DNA of 63,771 nucleotides from Rhynchobatus australiae (lineage: Eukaryota). Below the pieces are notes generated by a model. The model worked only from the letters and a program-made list of their open reading frames with translations, was not told where the DNA came from and did not search any database. Positions 23,270-36,200 of the stretch are shown piece by piece. Made by a program: the position numbers and the translations under genes. Location of the stretch: positions 26,783,628-26,847,398 of the forward strand of contig JAUZTB010000063.1 in the NCBI GenBank assembly GCA_034780895.1. Reading direction: 5' to 3'. Every line of letters starts with the position of its first letter. Positions within the stretch are counted from its first letter, which is position 1.

Positions 23270-24820
23270 ACTACAGTCTTGTAGGTGAGGACGTAGGTGA
23301 AGTCTTAAACGAACATCACTCATCTTTATTCACCATGGAGAAGGATGTTGTATTTTAAGAATTTGGGAGGGGGCACTGGAATTCTAGAACAAATTACCAG
23401 TGGAAAGGAGATGTTAGATGTTTTAGCAGGTTTAAAGCCTGATAAATTCCCAGGGCCTAATGAGATATTTCCCAGGAGGCAAGTAAGGAGATTGTGGGGG
23501 CTCTGACAGAAATTTTTAAATCTTCATTGGTCACAGAAGAGGTGCCAGATGACTGAAGGACAGGAAATGTGCCTTTTTGCAGCAGGAATAAGCCATATAT
23601 TTATAAACTGTTTGGTCTAACATCAGTGATAGGGAGATTACTAAAAAAAATTCTAAGGGACAGGATTAATCTGCACTAAGAGAGCCAGAAGATTGTACAA
23701 TGGTTTTGCTGTTGGGAATTTGCATCTGATTAATTTGTTAGAATTTTTTGAGGAGATCACAAAATGTGTCAATGAGGATAGTGTGATTGATGAAGTCTAG
23801 ATGAACTTCAGTCAAGCTCTTGAAAAGGTTGCACATGGGAAACATGCAAAAANNNNNNNNNNNNNNNNNNNNNNNNNNNNNNNNNNNNNNNNNNNNNNNN
23901 NNNNNNNNNNNNNNNNNNNNNNNNNNNNNNNNNNNNNNNNNNNNNNNNNNNNNNNNNNNNNNNNNNNNNNNNNNNNNNNNNNNNNNNNNNNNNNNNNNNN
24001 NNNNNNNNNNNNNNNNNNNNATTAATGACTTAGGTGTCAGTGTAGAACTTATTAATAAGTTTGTGGATGACACAAAGGCTGGTGATATTGACAGTGGGGA
24101 GGGTGGTTTTTGGCTACAGAATGATATTGACTAGTTGATAAGATGGGCAGTGAAATAGCAGATGGAATTTAAACCTGAAAAATGTGATGCGATCCATTTT
24201 TGGAGGAATAATAAGACTAGGGCCCCAGAAAGAACAAAGAAACCTGGGTGTATATGTCCAAGTATAAGTAGATAAAGTAATTAGGTAGACACAAAGAATA
24301 AAACTTCATTAGTTAAGACATAGAATATAAAAGCAAGGAGATTATGGTGCAACCATACAAAATATTAGTTAGACTACATTTGGAAAATTGTGTCTGATCA
24401 AAACGCTATCAGAAGAACGTGATTGCACTAGAGAGGGTAGAAAGGAGATTCACCAAAATGTTTCCTGTGAGATGGAGGATTTCAGCAATGAGGAAAGGCT
24501 GGATAGGCTGGCTTTGTTTCTCTTTGGACCAGAGTTTATGCTGAGGTCTTCCTGACGAATATAAAACTGTGAGGGCATGAGTAGGGCAGAGAATGAAAAA
24601 TGTTTTGCCTTAGCAGGTGTGTCTATAACAGGAGTGCACAATAGAAGGAACAATTGTTTCACCCAGTGGGTGGTTCAACTCTGGAATAGGCTGCCTGGGG
24701 GCGGTGGTGGAGGCAGATGCTCTCAAACATTTAAGAAGTATTTAGATAAGTACCAGAAATGTCATAGCTGGAAATTGGAATTAGTACAGCTCGAGGACCT
24801 GTTTCTGTGATGTATGCCTT
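23270..24820 (+). mobile_element. Decayed CR1 LINE ORF2 (RT to 3' end)
   Basis: NFSQALEKVAHG, INDL...INKFVDDTK (the FADD motif) and FTQWVVQLWNRLP. Many stops and frameshifts. Confidence 0.85.
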
Positions 24821-26152
24821 TAAATCTATAATAATGGCAGTACGGGCAACCCTTGTGTTACAGCTGTTTGGGTAAAGTAACTTCACAAATCACCACTTAA
24901 AAATCTAAGATATGGAATAAAAATTTGCTCTTACAGAATATATGTGGAAAAAAAATGTACACTTATAACTTCCCAACAATAATCAAATAGACCCCACTGT
25001 CTGTAAATATTGCAGCTGCTGGTTCACAGCAGGGAGCCACTTAAGAGATTTGCTTTGGAAACTGACAAGGCAATCTCTTCTATTGATCCTTACAGATTGA
25101 TTAAAATAACAACCTTTTCTCTTCTGCCTACATTCAATTTGGATTCCATATGAATTGTTCAAACTGCTTACCTTAAATATTTGATATGGTTGCGTCTTTT
25201 TAGCTTTCATGTAAATGTAGATAGAGGTCTTTGATGAGAATTACAAGGAATATTGATTACAGGATTTCAGTTGTGGAGATCTTTTTCAAGGGCATTTGAA
25301 AATCTGCTTGTAAGTGACGATATGAACTCCAGTTCATTGTTTTAATTCAGTATCCGTCCTTGGCTTCAATTGTTGCCTTTCTAAATCTAGTTTTAGGAAC
25401 TGTTGTGCTTTGACCTACCAATCTAGATAAGTCTCATGTTTTAATGACACCATTTCAATCAGCTTGTTTATAAGCGTCTGTTCAGGAATTTGAATTTCTC
25501 TCATACTCTTGGTTTATATTTTGTACCGCCTACATTTTTCCTATAGATCTCATCAAGAGAGTGGGATGTCTTTTGCAGAATAAATAAATTTCATTAAATT
25601 GAAACAATCCAGTTGATTCCCTGGCTGGAGATTACTGCACATGTGGGTTACCGTGTGTGGCATTCTTCAACCAGAGGAACGATTGCTTTATTTTAATATA
25701 ATGGGATACATCAAAGTGCATATTTCTATTCTCTTGACTGAAACTGGTAACTTGCAATGATTTTTTTTCCTAGCTTAGTTCAGAATTCCTTTGCCTGTAG
25801 ACCTTGCACCTGAAGGGTCATTACTATTGAGAGAAAAACATCCCATAGGAACACATCTCCCCTTATAACATGGGATTCAATAGGAAAGGGATGATTTTCT
25901 GGGAACACAACCCCAGTTCTGTCATACTGGAGTTGCCTATGATCATGGGTCATGGATAATGTTGCCTAAAGCTATTGTTTTATCAAAAATTACTTGTTTC
26001 TGATCACTTCTGAGACATTATCATTTTCAGCAATGATGTTCTTTTCATCTAATAGTTTCAGGTTACTTGATGTCTATCTGTGAAATGAAATCTAAGCAAC
26101 CTGATGCAAGGATAAGTATAGTTTATGTGAAAACTTGTTTCTCTTGTTTTAG

Positions 26153-26358
26153 ATGAGCACCAGCAATGGAAAGTAATCAAAGGAAAGTTCCTAGCTATAA
26201 ATTCAGCAAATATAAGTTGTGCATGTCCAAAATCTCCTAAGGGTGTCTCGCCTGCTGCACACCTAGCTGATGGGACCATGGACCTTATTGTAGTCCGCAA
26301 ATGTTCAAGACTCAGTTTCCTGAGGTATCTCATTAGGCACACAAACAGCAATGATCAG
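26153..26358 (+). CDS. CERK: Ceramide kinase exon 11 (206 nt; (D)EHQQWKVIKGKFLAINSANISCACPKSPKGVSPAAHLADGTMDLIVVRKCSRLSFLRYLIRHTNSNDQ)
   Basis: ttgttttAG acceptor and GTACAG donor. Has SPAAHLxDG and the calmodulin-binding-like segment (human RFNFLRFLIRHTNQ). Confidence 0.97.
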
Positions 26359-26999
26359 GTACAGATCTATTGAATTTTTCTTTCAATATTATGTATTTAA
26401 CAGTATGAAATTGAAATAGCTCTATAATTCAACAGTAAAGATACAGTAAATATTGTTTATTTTATTCAAGGCACTCTGGCTGCTTGTGAAAAGTTGCTTT
26501 CTTTCGTTTTATAGTATTAGGAAGATGTTAGTGCTATTTTGACAGAGTTAACAAGCTGAGAATAAACCTAGACAAATGAGGATTAGAAAACAAAAACTCT
26601 GGAGCTGGTACCTGAAACACCAGGTAGTTTAATCAAGACAAAGGAAAGGTTTAATGGTTTGAGGAATTAGCTGCTGAAAGACCNNNNNNNNNNNNNNNNN
26701 NNNNNNNNNNNNNNNNNNNNNNNNNNNNNNNNNNNNNNNNNNNNNNNNNNNNNNNNNNNNNNNNNNNNNNNNNNNNNNNNNNNNNNNNNNNNNNNNNNNN
26801 NATATTTAAATGAAGTTAAAACCTAGAAAGAGTATAAAGTCTGGAAAAGTCTGAAAAATTGGGGCAAAGAGAATCAATGATCATTTCATTTGAGGACTTT
26901 ACACTAAAAAAATCATCATTCTATACAGAATAGGCCGTACAAAATATATGAGGGGCTGTTTATTCCTGCATTGCACAATGCCAGAATTTGAAGGACAAG

Positions 27000-27110
27000 A
27001 AACAAAAGCAAAAATTACTACAGATGCTGGAAATCTGAAAGTTAAAAACAGAAAATGCTAGAAGTACTCGGCAGTTCAGACAGCATCTGTGGAGTGAGGA
27101 ACAGAATGAA
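27000..27110 (-). mobile_element. Penelope-like terminal repeat fragment (hammerhead part missing)
   Basis: cagatgctggaaatctgaa...aaaacagaaaatgctagaagtactcggcag...cagcatctgtggag. Confidence 0.6.
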
Positions 27111-28117
27111 TGGCTCAGCACATGGGGCAAGATTTGGGATGTGCAAATAATGGAAAGAAGCCCATGAGTAGGATGAAGGAGCTCAGAGTGTCCGAGGGCA
27201 GGGACTGGGTCCACAACAGTGAGACTGGATCAAGTGGAATCATTGACATTAGTAAGGTAGGGTGCGGGAATACTATCTGCTGCTAGGGATGGTGAAAATT
27301 GGGCTCATGGTAAAATTAGAGGGAAGGGATCCAAGGTTTGTTATAGATAGTTAGTCTCGAGATTGGTGTGGGGAATTAGGGTGGTTATGGATATCGAAGG
27401 AAGGTCGGGTAAAGAGGTGAGGTTTATTGGAAGTGGTTGAAGAGGATGGCCAAGAGATCATGCTCTAGGAGGCGGTAAAAGGATAGGCCAAGACATCAGG
27501 ATAGAGGGTGGCACAATGCAAAGGCTGTGTAGAACTGGTATGGGTGGGGTACAGTGGTGAGGGTTTAGTTAGTGTTGGAGTTGGGGAGGAGCTGAGGATC
27601 ATACTGGATATGAAGTTGTTTGTAGACTAATGTTTAAGACTTACTGGAGAACCGACCCCTTTAACAAATGGCAAAGCAGATCTTACAAGCATTATGAAGG
27701 CCTACTTCTGCATGTGTGGCCAGATGCACTTGCAACAAAATCATGAAAAAGGCATCCACTTGCTTGCCTTTGGACACCAGTGTGCTTCTCTGAGCTCCTC
27801 TATATTTGTACATTAGTTACATTATGCATGTGACAGTTTCCAGGCCTAAATATTTCCAAATTGGGAAAATAATGGAAAATGAAGGGAAGTTTGAAGTTGG
27901 TTTCATGTAGCATATATATGAAGAGACAACTGGGTCAAGTTAATTGGATGGTACTCAAGTATAATCGTAAGGAGATTGGAAAACTACTGCAGAAACACTT
28001 CCTAATTGAACTTTTTAAACCAGTATTTTACTTCAATATTTATTTGTGCTATATTTTGAGATACCTGTGCATTAGAAAGTCTTAACATGCTGAACACAGT
28101 TCTTTTGATATTTTCAG

Positions 28118-28326
28118 TTTGACCTTGCATTTGTCGAGGTATATCGAGTGAAGAGATTCAAATTTACACCAAAATACTGTGATGAGGAGGACAGTGATAT
28201 CCAGGAAGTTAGCAAAAATCTCTTTGGACAGTTCTGTAGAGATCATCCCACTTGTAGCTGTGTGCAGCTTACTAGCAGTTGGAATTGTGATGGAGAGATA
28301 ATTGAGCATGCAGCCATTGAAGTGAG
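28118..28326 (+). CDS. CERK: Ceramide kinase exon 12 (209 nt; FDLAFVEVYRVKRFKFTPKYCDEEDSD...SSWNCDGEIIEHAAIEV)
   Basis: attttcAG acceptor and GTATGG donor. WNCDGE motif. Overlaps ORF 28148-28435. Confidence 0.97.
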
Positions 28327-31099
28327 GTATGGTATTCTCTTTTTACCTGATACATTGTCCAAGTCTGTCAGCCGAAATGGTTGTCTTCATGAGAAATTAA
28401 TTGCTGTCATTTTGGTACTATTCACTAATGTGTGATCTTTGACTTAAATCAATGCACTGCATATTTCTGGTCTTCATAAATGTGATTTCATGTTTTATCA
28501 TTTAAATTATTGAGTTATTCTTGTGCCTAAGTTATCACTGAGCCAGTGAGCTAGATATAGATTGTGAGGTGAGTGTGCTGCCTTTGACCATGATGTTTTA
28601 GAAACACAAGGCACTTTGAGTGAATACATTTACATACCGTATGACATAGATTGACACATGCAAATACCCATCTGCTCATATGTTTATATTTCCAAATCAA
28701 ATCATTGATAAATCCACATGTTGTTTTAGTCCAGCTGCTATGGAATATAGAATTCATTCCCACAGTGATTTATACCTATTGCCTACATCCTGTTATGTGA
28801 TCCATAAATCCATTAGCGTTTATTGGAAAGAACTAAGTCTTGCAGCCCTTTGTCTCCATGTGTTTTTCTGCAGTTTAGAAGGATAAAACTATGCAGTCTA
28901 CTCATCAGGATTGCTGGCAAATTTCTTGTGTGTTATTCTTGGTCTACTCTACTTTTTGGGCCAACAAATCCTTGCTAATTCAAATCATCTCATCAACTCT
29001 TCGTAGGCAGCAGAGCTCACCGCATATTGAGTAAATTGTCACTGGCCCATTGACCACGGCACTAGCTCAGTGATTCAGCAGGTTTGTTTCTTCAGCAATA
29101 AGTCCCTTCCCTCTCTTGAATAGGTGTTATATATGCAACTTTTAGATGATACTAACTGGCATCTATCATTAGATTTATTTTCCAGATTTTAGATTGATTA
29201 GTTTCAGCATGGTAGAAAGATCTATGCAGCACAATTTACAATGTCAGAGCACCTATTTGTTCTAGATGTTCAATTTAATTGCAACAAGCTTATTTGCCAT
29301 CATTTGTCCAAACTGGCCTTTTGCTGGAAATGTGATGCAAATCAAAGGCAGATTTCTGTGTAGCTTCGCTTGTTTATATTTCAAAGATAAAAGCATTGCT
29401 AAGAGAAACATCTCAACCAATACCTTAAAGTTACAAAAAATTTACAGTGCAGTTTTCAATTTGGAAAGTAAACAATGATTTGTTCACCTGGAAGTAAAGG
29501 TCACAATATTTGTTGCACAGTCTGTGTAGGGGTCTCAATTTATTACTAGTNNNNNNNNNNNNNNNNNNNNNNNNNNNNNNNNNNNNNNNNNNNNNNNNNN
29601 NNNNNNNNNNNNNNNNNNNNNNNNNNNNNNNNNNNNNNNNNNNNNNNNNNNNNNNNNNNNNNNNNNNNNNNNNNNNNNNNNNNNNNNNNNNNNNNNNNNN
29701 NNNNNNNNNNNNNNNNNNNNNNNNNNNNNNNNNNNNNNNNNNNNNNNNNNNNNNNNNNNNNNNNNNNNNNNNNNNNNNNNNNNNNNNNNNNNNNNNNNNN
29801 NNNNNNNNNNTTGGGTAATATGGAAAAAGTCTAAAACATTTCCCACGTGCTCTAGCTGTCCAGATCAGTATAAATCATCTTTGGTAAAGCATTGATCTAA
29901 TTTGTTTAAACAGGAAACAATTTAAATTGTCATTCTATCAACATAATGTATCTTAATTTATTTAGGTTTCATTTATTTATTTTTATTTCTCAGTATTACT
30001 GATTTTAGAATGGACTAGCTGATGCATTTTGTCACTATATTTGAGTTTTTGTTCCTTTGACAATGAATTGTTGCCTAACAATTAAAGAGTGTTCTCATCA
30101 AGGAGGGCATGATTAAATTGCATTATAACAACCACATTATAGTAACCTTTGAACACTAGTGAAGATCAAAATTGTACTGAAGACTCCTTTCTGTAGTATT
30201 GAATGTACCTGCCTCTGCTGCTTTGATCATTTACTTGTCTTCTCTATATGATTTGTTTGCATTATTCCCATGTTCGCATTTGCATTACAATTTGATGTGC
30301 CCAGACTAAGGAGACTGTACTTATGGAAGAACTTGAAAGTGTGTAGTAAGAGATATCAATCTTCAGTCAATTTTCCCCAGAGTTTTTCATCCCTAAACCA
30401 ACATTGGTTGCACAATATTTCTTGTTTAGAAGGGTTTTCACATTTGCTCAATAGTAATCATAAAAGCATATTATATCGTGAGATTAAATTCAACAATCCC
30501 TGAAAATGGGGATGGGAATTCCAAAGTTCAATTAAGCCACAGCTATTGCTTCTGATGCTAGTAGCATGCCAAATTCATGTTGTCTGTTCATTTGAATAAC
30601 TTCTTCAAGCAGCCAGTGCTTACTGCCCTATTTATTGGCTTCATATCTCTGTGTCTTGAATGACTAGCAACATTTAAAGGGAAGCTGCGATTCATTGATA
30701 CTACAGCAAATGGTGGTGTCATTGTGAAACTAACTCTGACATAGAAAAGCTGTAATCATGACATGACACAACACAGGAGTGCCTATCCCATGGTTTACTG
30801 ATGCTGCTCTGCAGACATTTTTGAAGATGGTGCAAAGTAGGAGAGAGAGGTTTTAACTGCTGGGAACCAGGACACCCCACAGCCAAGTACTTCAATGTAT
30901 TGATGGGGTTCCAAGCCAGATTGTGAGACCAAAGACCTGCACTCAACTCAGTCACCTCACCCTGTGCTCAATGTCATTGAATTCATCTTCAAATCCAATC
31001 TCTTCCCAATAGCCCTATTGGTCTCAGACATTGCACTATAATCCTGAGCAATAGTCATTGTAATCAATTATGCATTTCTAGTATATAAATGTCCCACTG

Positions 31100-34000
31100 T
31101 ATTTTCACACATTTAATTCAGCTGTAGCCTTTCCTCTCTCACCTCGCAGCTTACACACACTGTTAGCTATTTAGCCATTCATATCATCAAACAATAGTCA
31201 AAAACATATTTCCCCCTCCCTTGCAGGTAAAAGAGATACAGAACTGGAGAAGCTGCATGGGCTCAGCAATGGTCACACCACTTCCAGCACCCCCTCCCCA
31301 CCCAATCCCAGGAAGTAGTGCTCAGCATTATTAGAATGGTCTTTACCAAGGCTGACTGGCTGCTGAATTTCAAGCACAGGAGATGATACCTATAATTGTG
31401 AACCAAAGCCATAAGAAATTGTGGCATTCTCACATCAAATACATTTTTACATCCCATTATTCTTCGTGCCACGATTTCTATTTCTGCACAAGTTGCAGAT
31501 GGTATAAATGTGCTTTTATTACTTGCTACCACCTTTGCACTCATCTCATATTGTGCTTATGATTTTTTTCCCATTAAGAACAGTATACTGACCAAGCATT
31601 AGTAAAAGAACAAAGATAATTACATTAAAGACACTGTCATTGCTCAATTTAATGACCATATGCACCAGCTAAGATACTGGCAAGGTATAATTTAGAGGTT
31701 AGCTTTGAGGAGGTATTTGCACGTGATGAGATTTGTGCCATGAATTCCTTCAGGCAGGGCAAAGGGAAAGGAGAGCGATGATATCAGTTTCCACCAAGGC
31801 AAGGTTACATAAGAGTTCTGCTGCAATAGTATCAAACACTTTGAAAGAAAAGCGTACAGAAAAAGATAGATGTGTACAATGAAATGCCCAGTGAATTGGC
31901 AAGCCTGGCAGAAAAAACTTCATGCATTGTTAAGGAACATTGAGTCCAGTATCAACATCAACTATTTGCAGAACCTCGAAGCCATGCTGTCCAGCATGGA
32001 GGTGGTGACCAACTCCATTAGCACACATGTTGGACTAAGCATCATGCAACATTGCATCTCATCTTATAATGTAGTACAAATCAAGCCTCCCATTGCCTGG
32101 GTACCACAGTGTAAGTTCATATCTTGCCATGAAAACACAGATTGCTGCATTAAAGCTGTAAATATCAATGTGCAAATGGCTTGCAAGATATTATGGAATC
32201 CAGTAATCTGTCCTTCAAAGATTGTTGGAATTGCTGAGACACAATCCTGGGAGGTTGAACACAAATATGTTGTTCTTTCTTCATGTTAGCTGAGATGATA
32301 CAGTACAAAGCTATGCCTTTTAAGCCTAGTTTCTTGACGTCCTCCTCCAAGGTTGTTTGCAGTCTTCTCCACTAATGGCCAGCGGCCTTCTACTATCTTT
32401 ATTCTAGCCATAAGGCATCACTACCTGGGAACAATTCAACAGAGAAAGGCAGAAGACAAGGCTGCAAGCAAATGCACAAAGACAGTTAGTTTACTTTTCA
32501 ATGCAATATGCCATGCATTGAAACATGGAACAAATTGTGCAAAATCTGGCTCATTGCTTCCTATCCCTGCACTTATCTGGGTAGATGTGAAAGGCCAATC
32601 TAGTTGACCATCTGCACCCAGCAGCTGGGCAGCACCAAATGCCAAGTTGCTGAGGTTCAACCCCAGAATGCCTGACAAGAGGCAAAGTTTTTTTTTAATG
32701 TTTCTGATATTGACATTTAAAAATTGTTAAAATTTCTGCAAATAATTTTCTTTTAATTGTTAAATTCAGAAAAAAGTTAACAGGAATTGGCATTGTTTAC
32801 AGGATTGCCATCAGATGAGTGTTTCACTGACAACCCAGATAGAACAAAGCTGTTAGGATGTCTTCTTCCTCCTGTTCCTGCTCCACATGATCTTAAGATT
32901 GTGTAACATGCAGCAGACCTCGACAAATCTTGGCACACAATTTATTCAATCCTTCAGCGTTTTTGCAAGCAGCAGGATTGTTTCAACACAATAAACAGTT
33001 ATATTTTGTGAGGGCAATCCCTTGGTGTGCATATGCACATGCATCAATCTCATAAATCATCAGAAGCCACCCCTTATTCCACAGTTGTAGCCAATTGGTT
33101 GGTGGCTCATATATGTTGCTGCAAAATGAAGGGACGATGAAAGCTGCTGAAATACTGTGCATAATGTGTTAAGGAAGGTCATGCTTGGGACAGTAATCCC
33201 TATTTTTGTAGTGTATCCCAGGATACTACATGTGCTAAGTACATATTCAATAGCATCTAGCGCCATAGTAAGGCCGCAGTCTTTTCAAAATCGTGTGCAA
33301 TGCCGTCCACCTGCCTACTCGTAAGAGGAAATGAAATATGATCAGCTGTCTTTGAATAGAAAGCAGCAACAACACCCAGTACAGCACATTATGAGAATAC
33401 ACAGGTTTTTGCAGCTCCAGCCCTGAAGCAACTAATAAATAAATGTTCACTGAGCTCGAGAGCCATTGACAATGTGGCCCCACCCTCTCTCAAATTGCAG
33501 TTGTAGATTTTAGAAGATATTGCAAACTTCGTGTCATGGTGCCAGAACGACAACCCCACCATTAACATCAGCAAGACAAAAGAGTTGGTTATTGACCTAA
33601 GGAAGCTGGGGGTTGGGTGGTGAGGCGGGCGTGGTGGCTTACTTTCTTGGGCGTCTCAGAAGATTCAGCATGTCCATGAGGATTCTCTTGAACTTCCACA
33701 GCTGCACTATAGAAAGTATCCTGTCAGGTTGCATCTCAGCCTGGTATGGCAACTGCTCTGTTCTGGACAGATGAAACTTGCACAGAATGGTAAACACAGC
33801 CCATTCCATCAGACTCATTGAGTCATCACTTCCTTCTATCCAGTCCACCTTCACAGTCATTGCTTCAGGAAAGCTAACAGTATTAGCAAGGATGCCTGCC
33901 ACCATGGCCATTCCCTTTTCTCTCTTCTCCCTTCTGGGAGAAGATACAGGGGCTTGAAAGCCCAGACATCCAGACTTAAGAACAGTTTCTTCCCCACTGC

Positions 34001-34520
34001 TATCAGACTTCTGAACCAATCACCTCATTCACATTCCTTTCCCAGTGGTGCTGCCATGTTCTCGTACTCTTAATTCTACCTCTTTTGGTTATTCTGTTAT
34101 TGTTACTTCAGCATTTTTTGCGCTATTTCAGTTTTTGCACTACAACCTTTGCACCATTCTGCTGTTTTGCACTTATCACTGTATTTATTGCTGTATTTAT
34201 TATTACCATGCATACTTTTACTCTGTGAGCTTCATGCGAGCAAGGAATTTCATTGCATACTGGTGTATGTGACAATAAACTAATCTAAATCTAATGAGGA
34301 CATACTGCTGAAATGTAGGAAACTCATGGCTTGTTCCTTGAAGACCTACAGGTAGCAATGTTGCTCTCTGAGCAGGCTGGCCAGAGGTGCCATTCTCTCC
34401 CTCTGCCCCTCCCATTCCCATTCCCTTTCATTTCTCACAACTTATTCCACTCTCCCCAATCATGCTGTACCCCAAGGGGAACACCTACCAAATGATCCAT
34501 CCCTAGGAATATCTCAGTGG
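31100..34520. mobile_element. Decayed PIF/Harbinger transposon: transposase on minus (~32880-34500), probable Myb/SANT-type second gene on plus (~31200-32300)
   Basis: Minus-strand remnants in HARBI1-family order: VFKEQAMSFLHFS (~34310-34350), ADHISF (~33330), ALDAIEY (GAID-like, ~33250), IVLKQ..CL (~32980), VPRFVEVCCMLHN (32897-32938). The second gene is inferred from weak similarity only. Confidence 0.6.
33495..34292 (+). mobile_element. Rex1/Babar-type LINE, 5'-truncated, inserted in the Harbinger element
   Basis: NISKTKELVID, then YFLGRLRRF and TIESILSGCISAWYGNC. Ends tgacaataaac followed by a taatct-type repeat tail. Confidence 0.8.
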
Positions 34521-35033
34521 TGCNNNNNNNNNNNNNNNNNNNNNNNNNNNNNNNNNNNNNNNNNNNNNNNNNNNNNNNNNNNNNNNNNNAAGGTTTTAAC
34601 TTTATAATTGAGGAGAGACCACAAGTAACAATGAGTGGAAATTGAGCCACAACTAATACACTGATAGTTGACAATCCTCTGATGCTGAACATATATTTAA
34701 CTGTGAGTTTGATGATAATGCTGGCATCAGATCTGTATCACACACTGAAGCTGCAATCAGCCTTCTCTGCCAACTTTGAACAGTGCCTGCTGACAGTTTG
34801 ACACCTATGTTCTGATTTATAAAGGAGTTTGTACTTGCATCAAGTGCCACATTGGAACTAATTTGATGCAAGTACAAAAAAAACTAAAAAGAAATGCTTC
34901 AGTGGAAGGTGTTGTAGTCGATGTTCCTTATCCACTTGTATGTTTTTCCTGTTGAGATTTTCCCATTCCCTCATTACTTTTGTTGAAAGATAAACAAACA
35001 CATTCTTACTAATTTGATTTTATTTATTTCTAG

Positions 35034-35118
35034 AGTTCATTGCCAGCTGTTAAGACTTTTTGCAAGAGGAATAGAAGTGCTTTCTTCAGAAAAGGGCAAC
35101 AGCAATTCAGTTGTTTAA
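35034..35118 (+). CDS. CERK: Ceramide kinase last coding exon 13 ((R)VHCQLLRLFARGIEVLSSEKGNSNSVV*)
   Basis: tatttctAG acceptor. VHCQLxRLFARGIE matches the human CERK C-terminus. TAA at 35116-35118. Confidence 0.95.
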
Positions 35119-36200
35119 GCATATTCCAAGAGGATCTCAGGATTCCACACACCATTCATTCAAAGGTTGAAGTCTGATATCTAAGTTGTGAAACTTACTT
35201 TTATAACTTGAGATTCTAAGTTTATTTACATAATTATTAAAGTCATAGATATTTATTTATTACACAAATTGTAAGCATAAGAAGCAACAAACAACAAATT
35301 TAATGTATTGTCTCAAGATCTCAATATGTAGATTCTGCTTTAAGGATTAAATTTCAAATGGAGAATCTAATACATGGTATTTGAGATTTAAAAATTAAAG
35401 TCATTGGTGTGTTGCAAGAAGCTTGAAATTGGCAGAATTTTTTTTGTGTACACTTAAACAGTGGAACAGAGTTTAGAAGATGGTCATTTATAAGCATCTG
35501 CATCATTTTAAATTGATATGTGTCTGTCGTTATTTATTGCCAGCCACTTCAAATTTAGGTGATAGATTTCACTTATTTTTAAACATAGATACCAAATTGC
35601 TTTTGTAAGTACGTTCTTAACTTTAAGATAAAACCTAGATTTTTTCCAATTTCTTTTACTGCACCTTGCAACTTATCAATGCAATCTGATTGCAATTTCT
35701 AAGCAACGATAAAAGAAGCTATAGTTTGAGAACAGATTATTTTAGTAAATGTTAATAGAGAAAAATGTATAAATAATGAATTGTTGAATATTTGAGTTTG
35801 TAAATACAAATATAAAATATATTTATTGTATATGATTAAGCTAGATTTTGCTTAGCTTAGTATGTGTTCACTATGTGAATAGTATGTAGTCAGTCCTGTT
35901 AATGCCCTAATGGAGTATATCTAACAACAGAAAGCAGCACTCACCCTTTGTCTTTTGTATTTTACATTCCTCTGTAAAACTTTTCAAGAATAATGTATGC
36001 TGCGCAGAAGCTTACTGATGTTGTTGATCTTTGTTCCTTGAAACAAGTACTAATGCTTTCTTTCTAGGATCACTTATTTCAAAAATATTTGCCCAACTCT
36101 TCACGTGTTTTGTGTTTATTTAATTCCCTGTATTTTCTTTGCATAGCTAATGTAAATAGCCAGAAGGGATATCATTGACAATGTCCTTGAAGGGTGTGAA
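35119..36200 (+). other. CERK: Probable CERK 3' UTR (end undetermined)
   Basis: AT-rich, repeat-free sequence directly after the stop. ATTAAA variants (e.g. 35236-35241). First AATAAA I found is at 36550. Confidence 0.5.

Noticed and set aside
27190-27630. G-rich block possibly from an L2 endonuclease on the minus strand
   Set aside because: Too decayed to support a call.
29266-29478. Possible alternative CERK terminal exon after tctAG
   Set aside because: In the phase required after exon 12 it stops within four codons, and it has no similarity to CERK.
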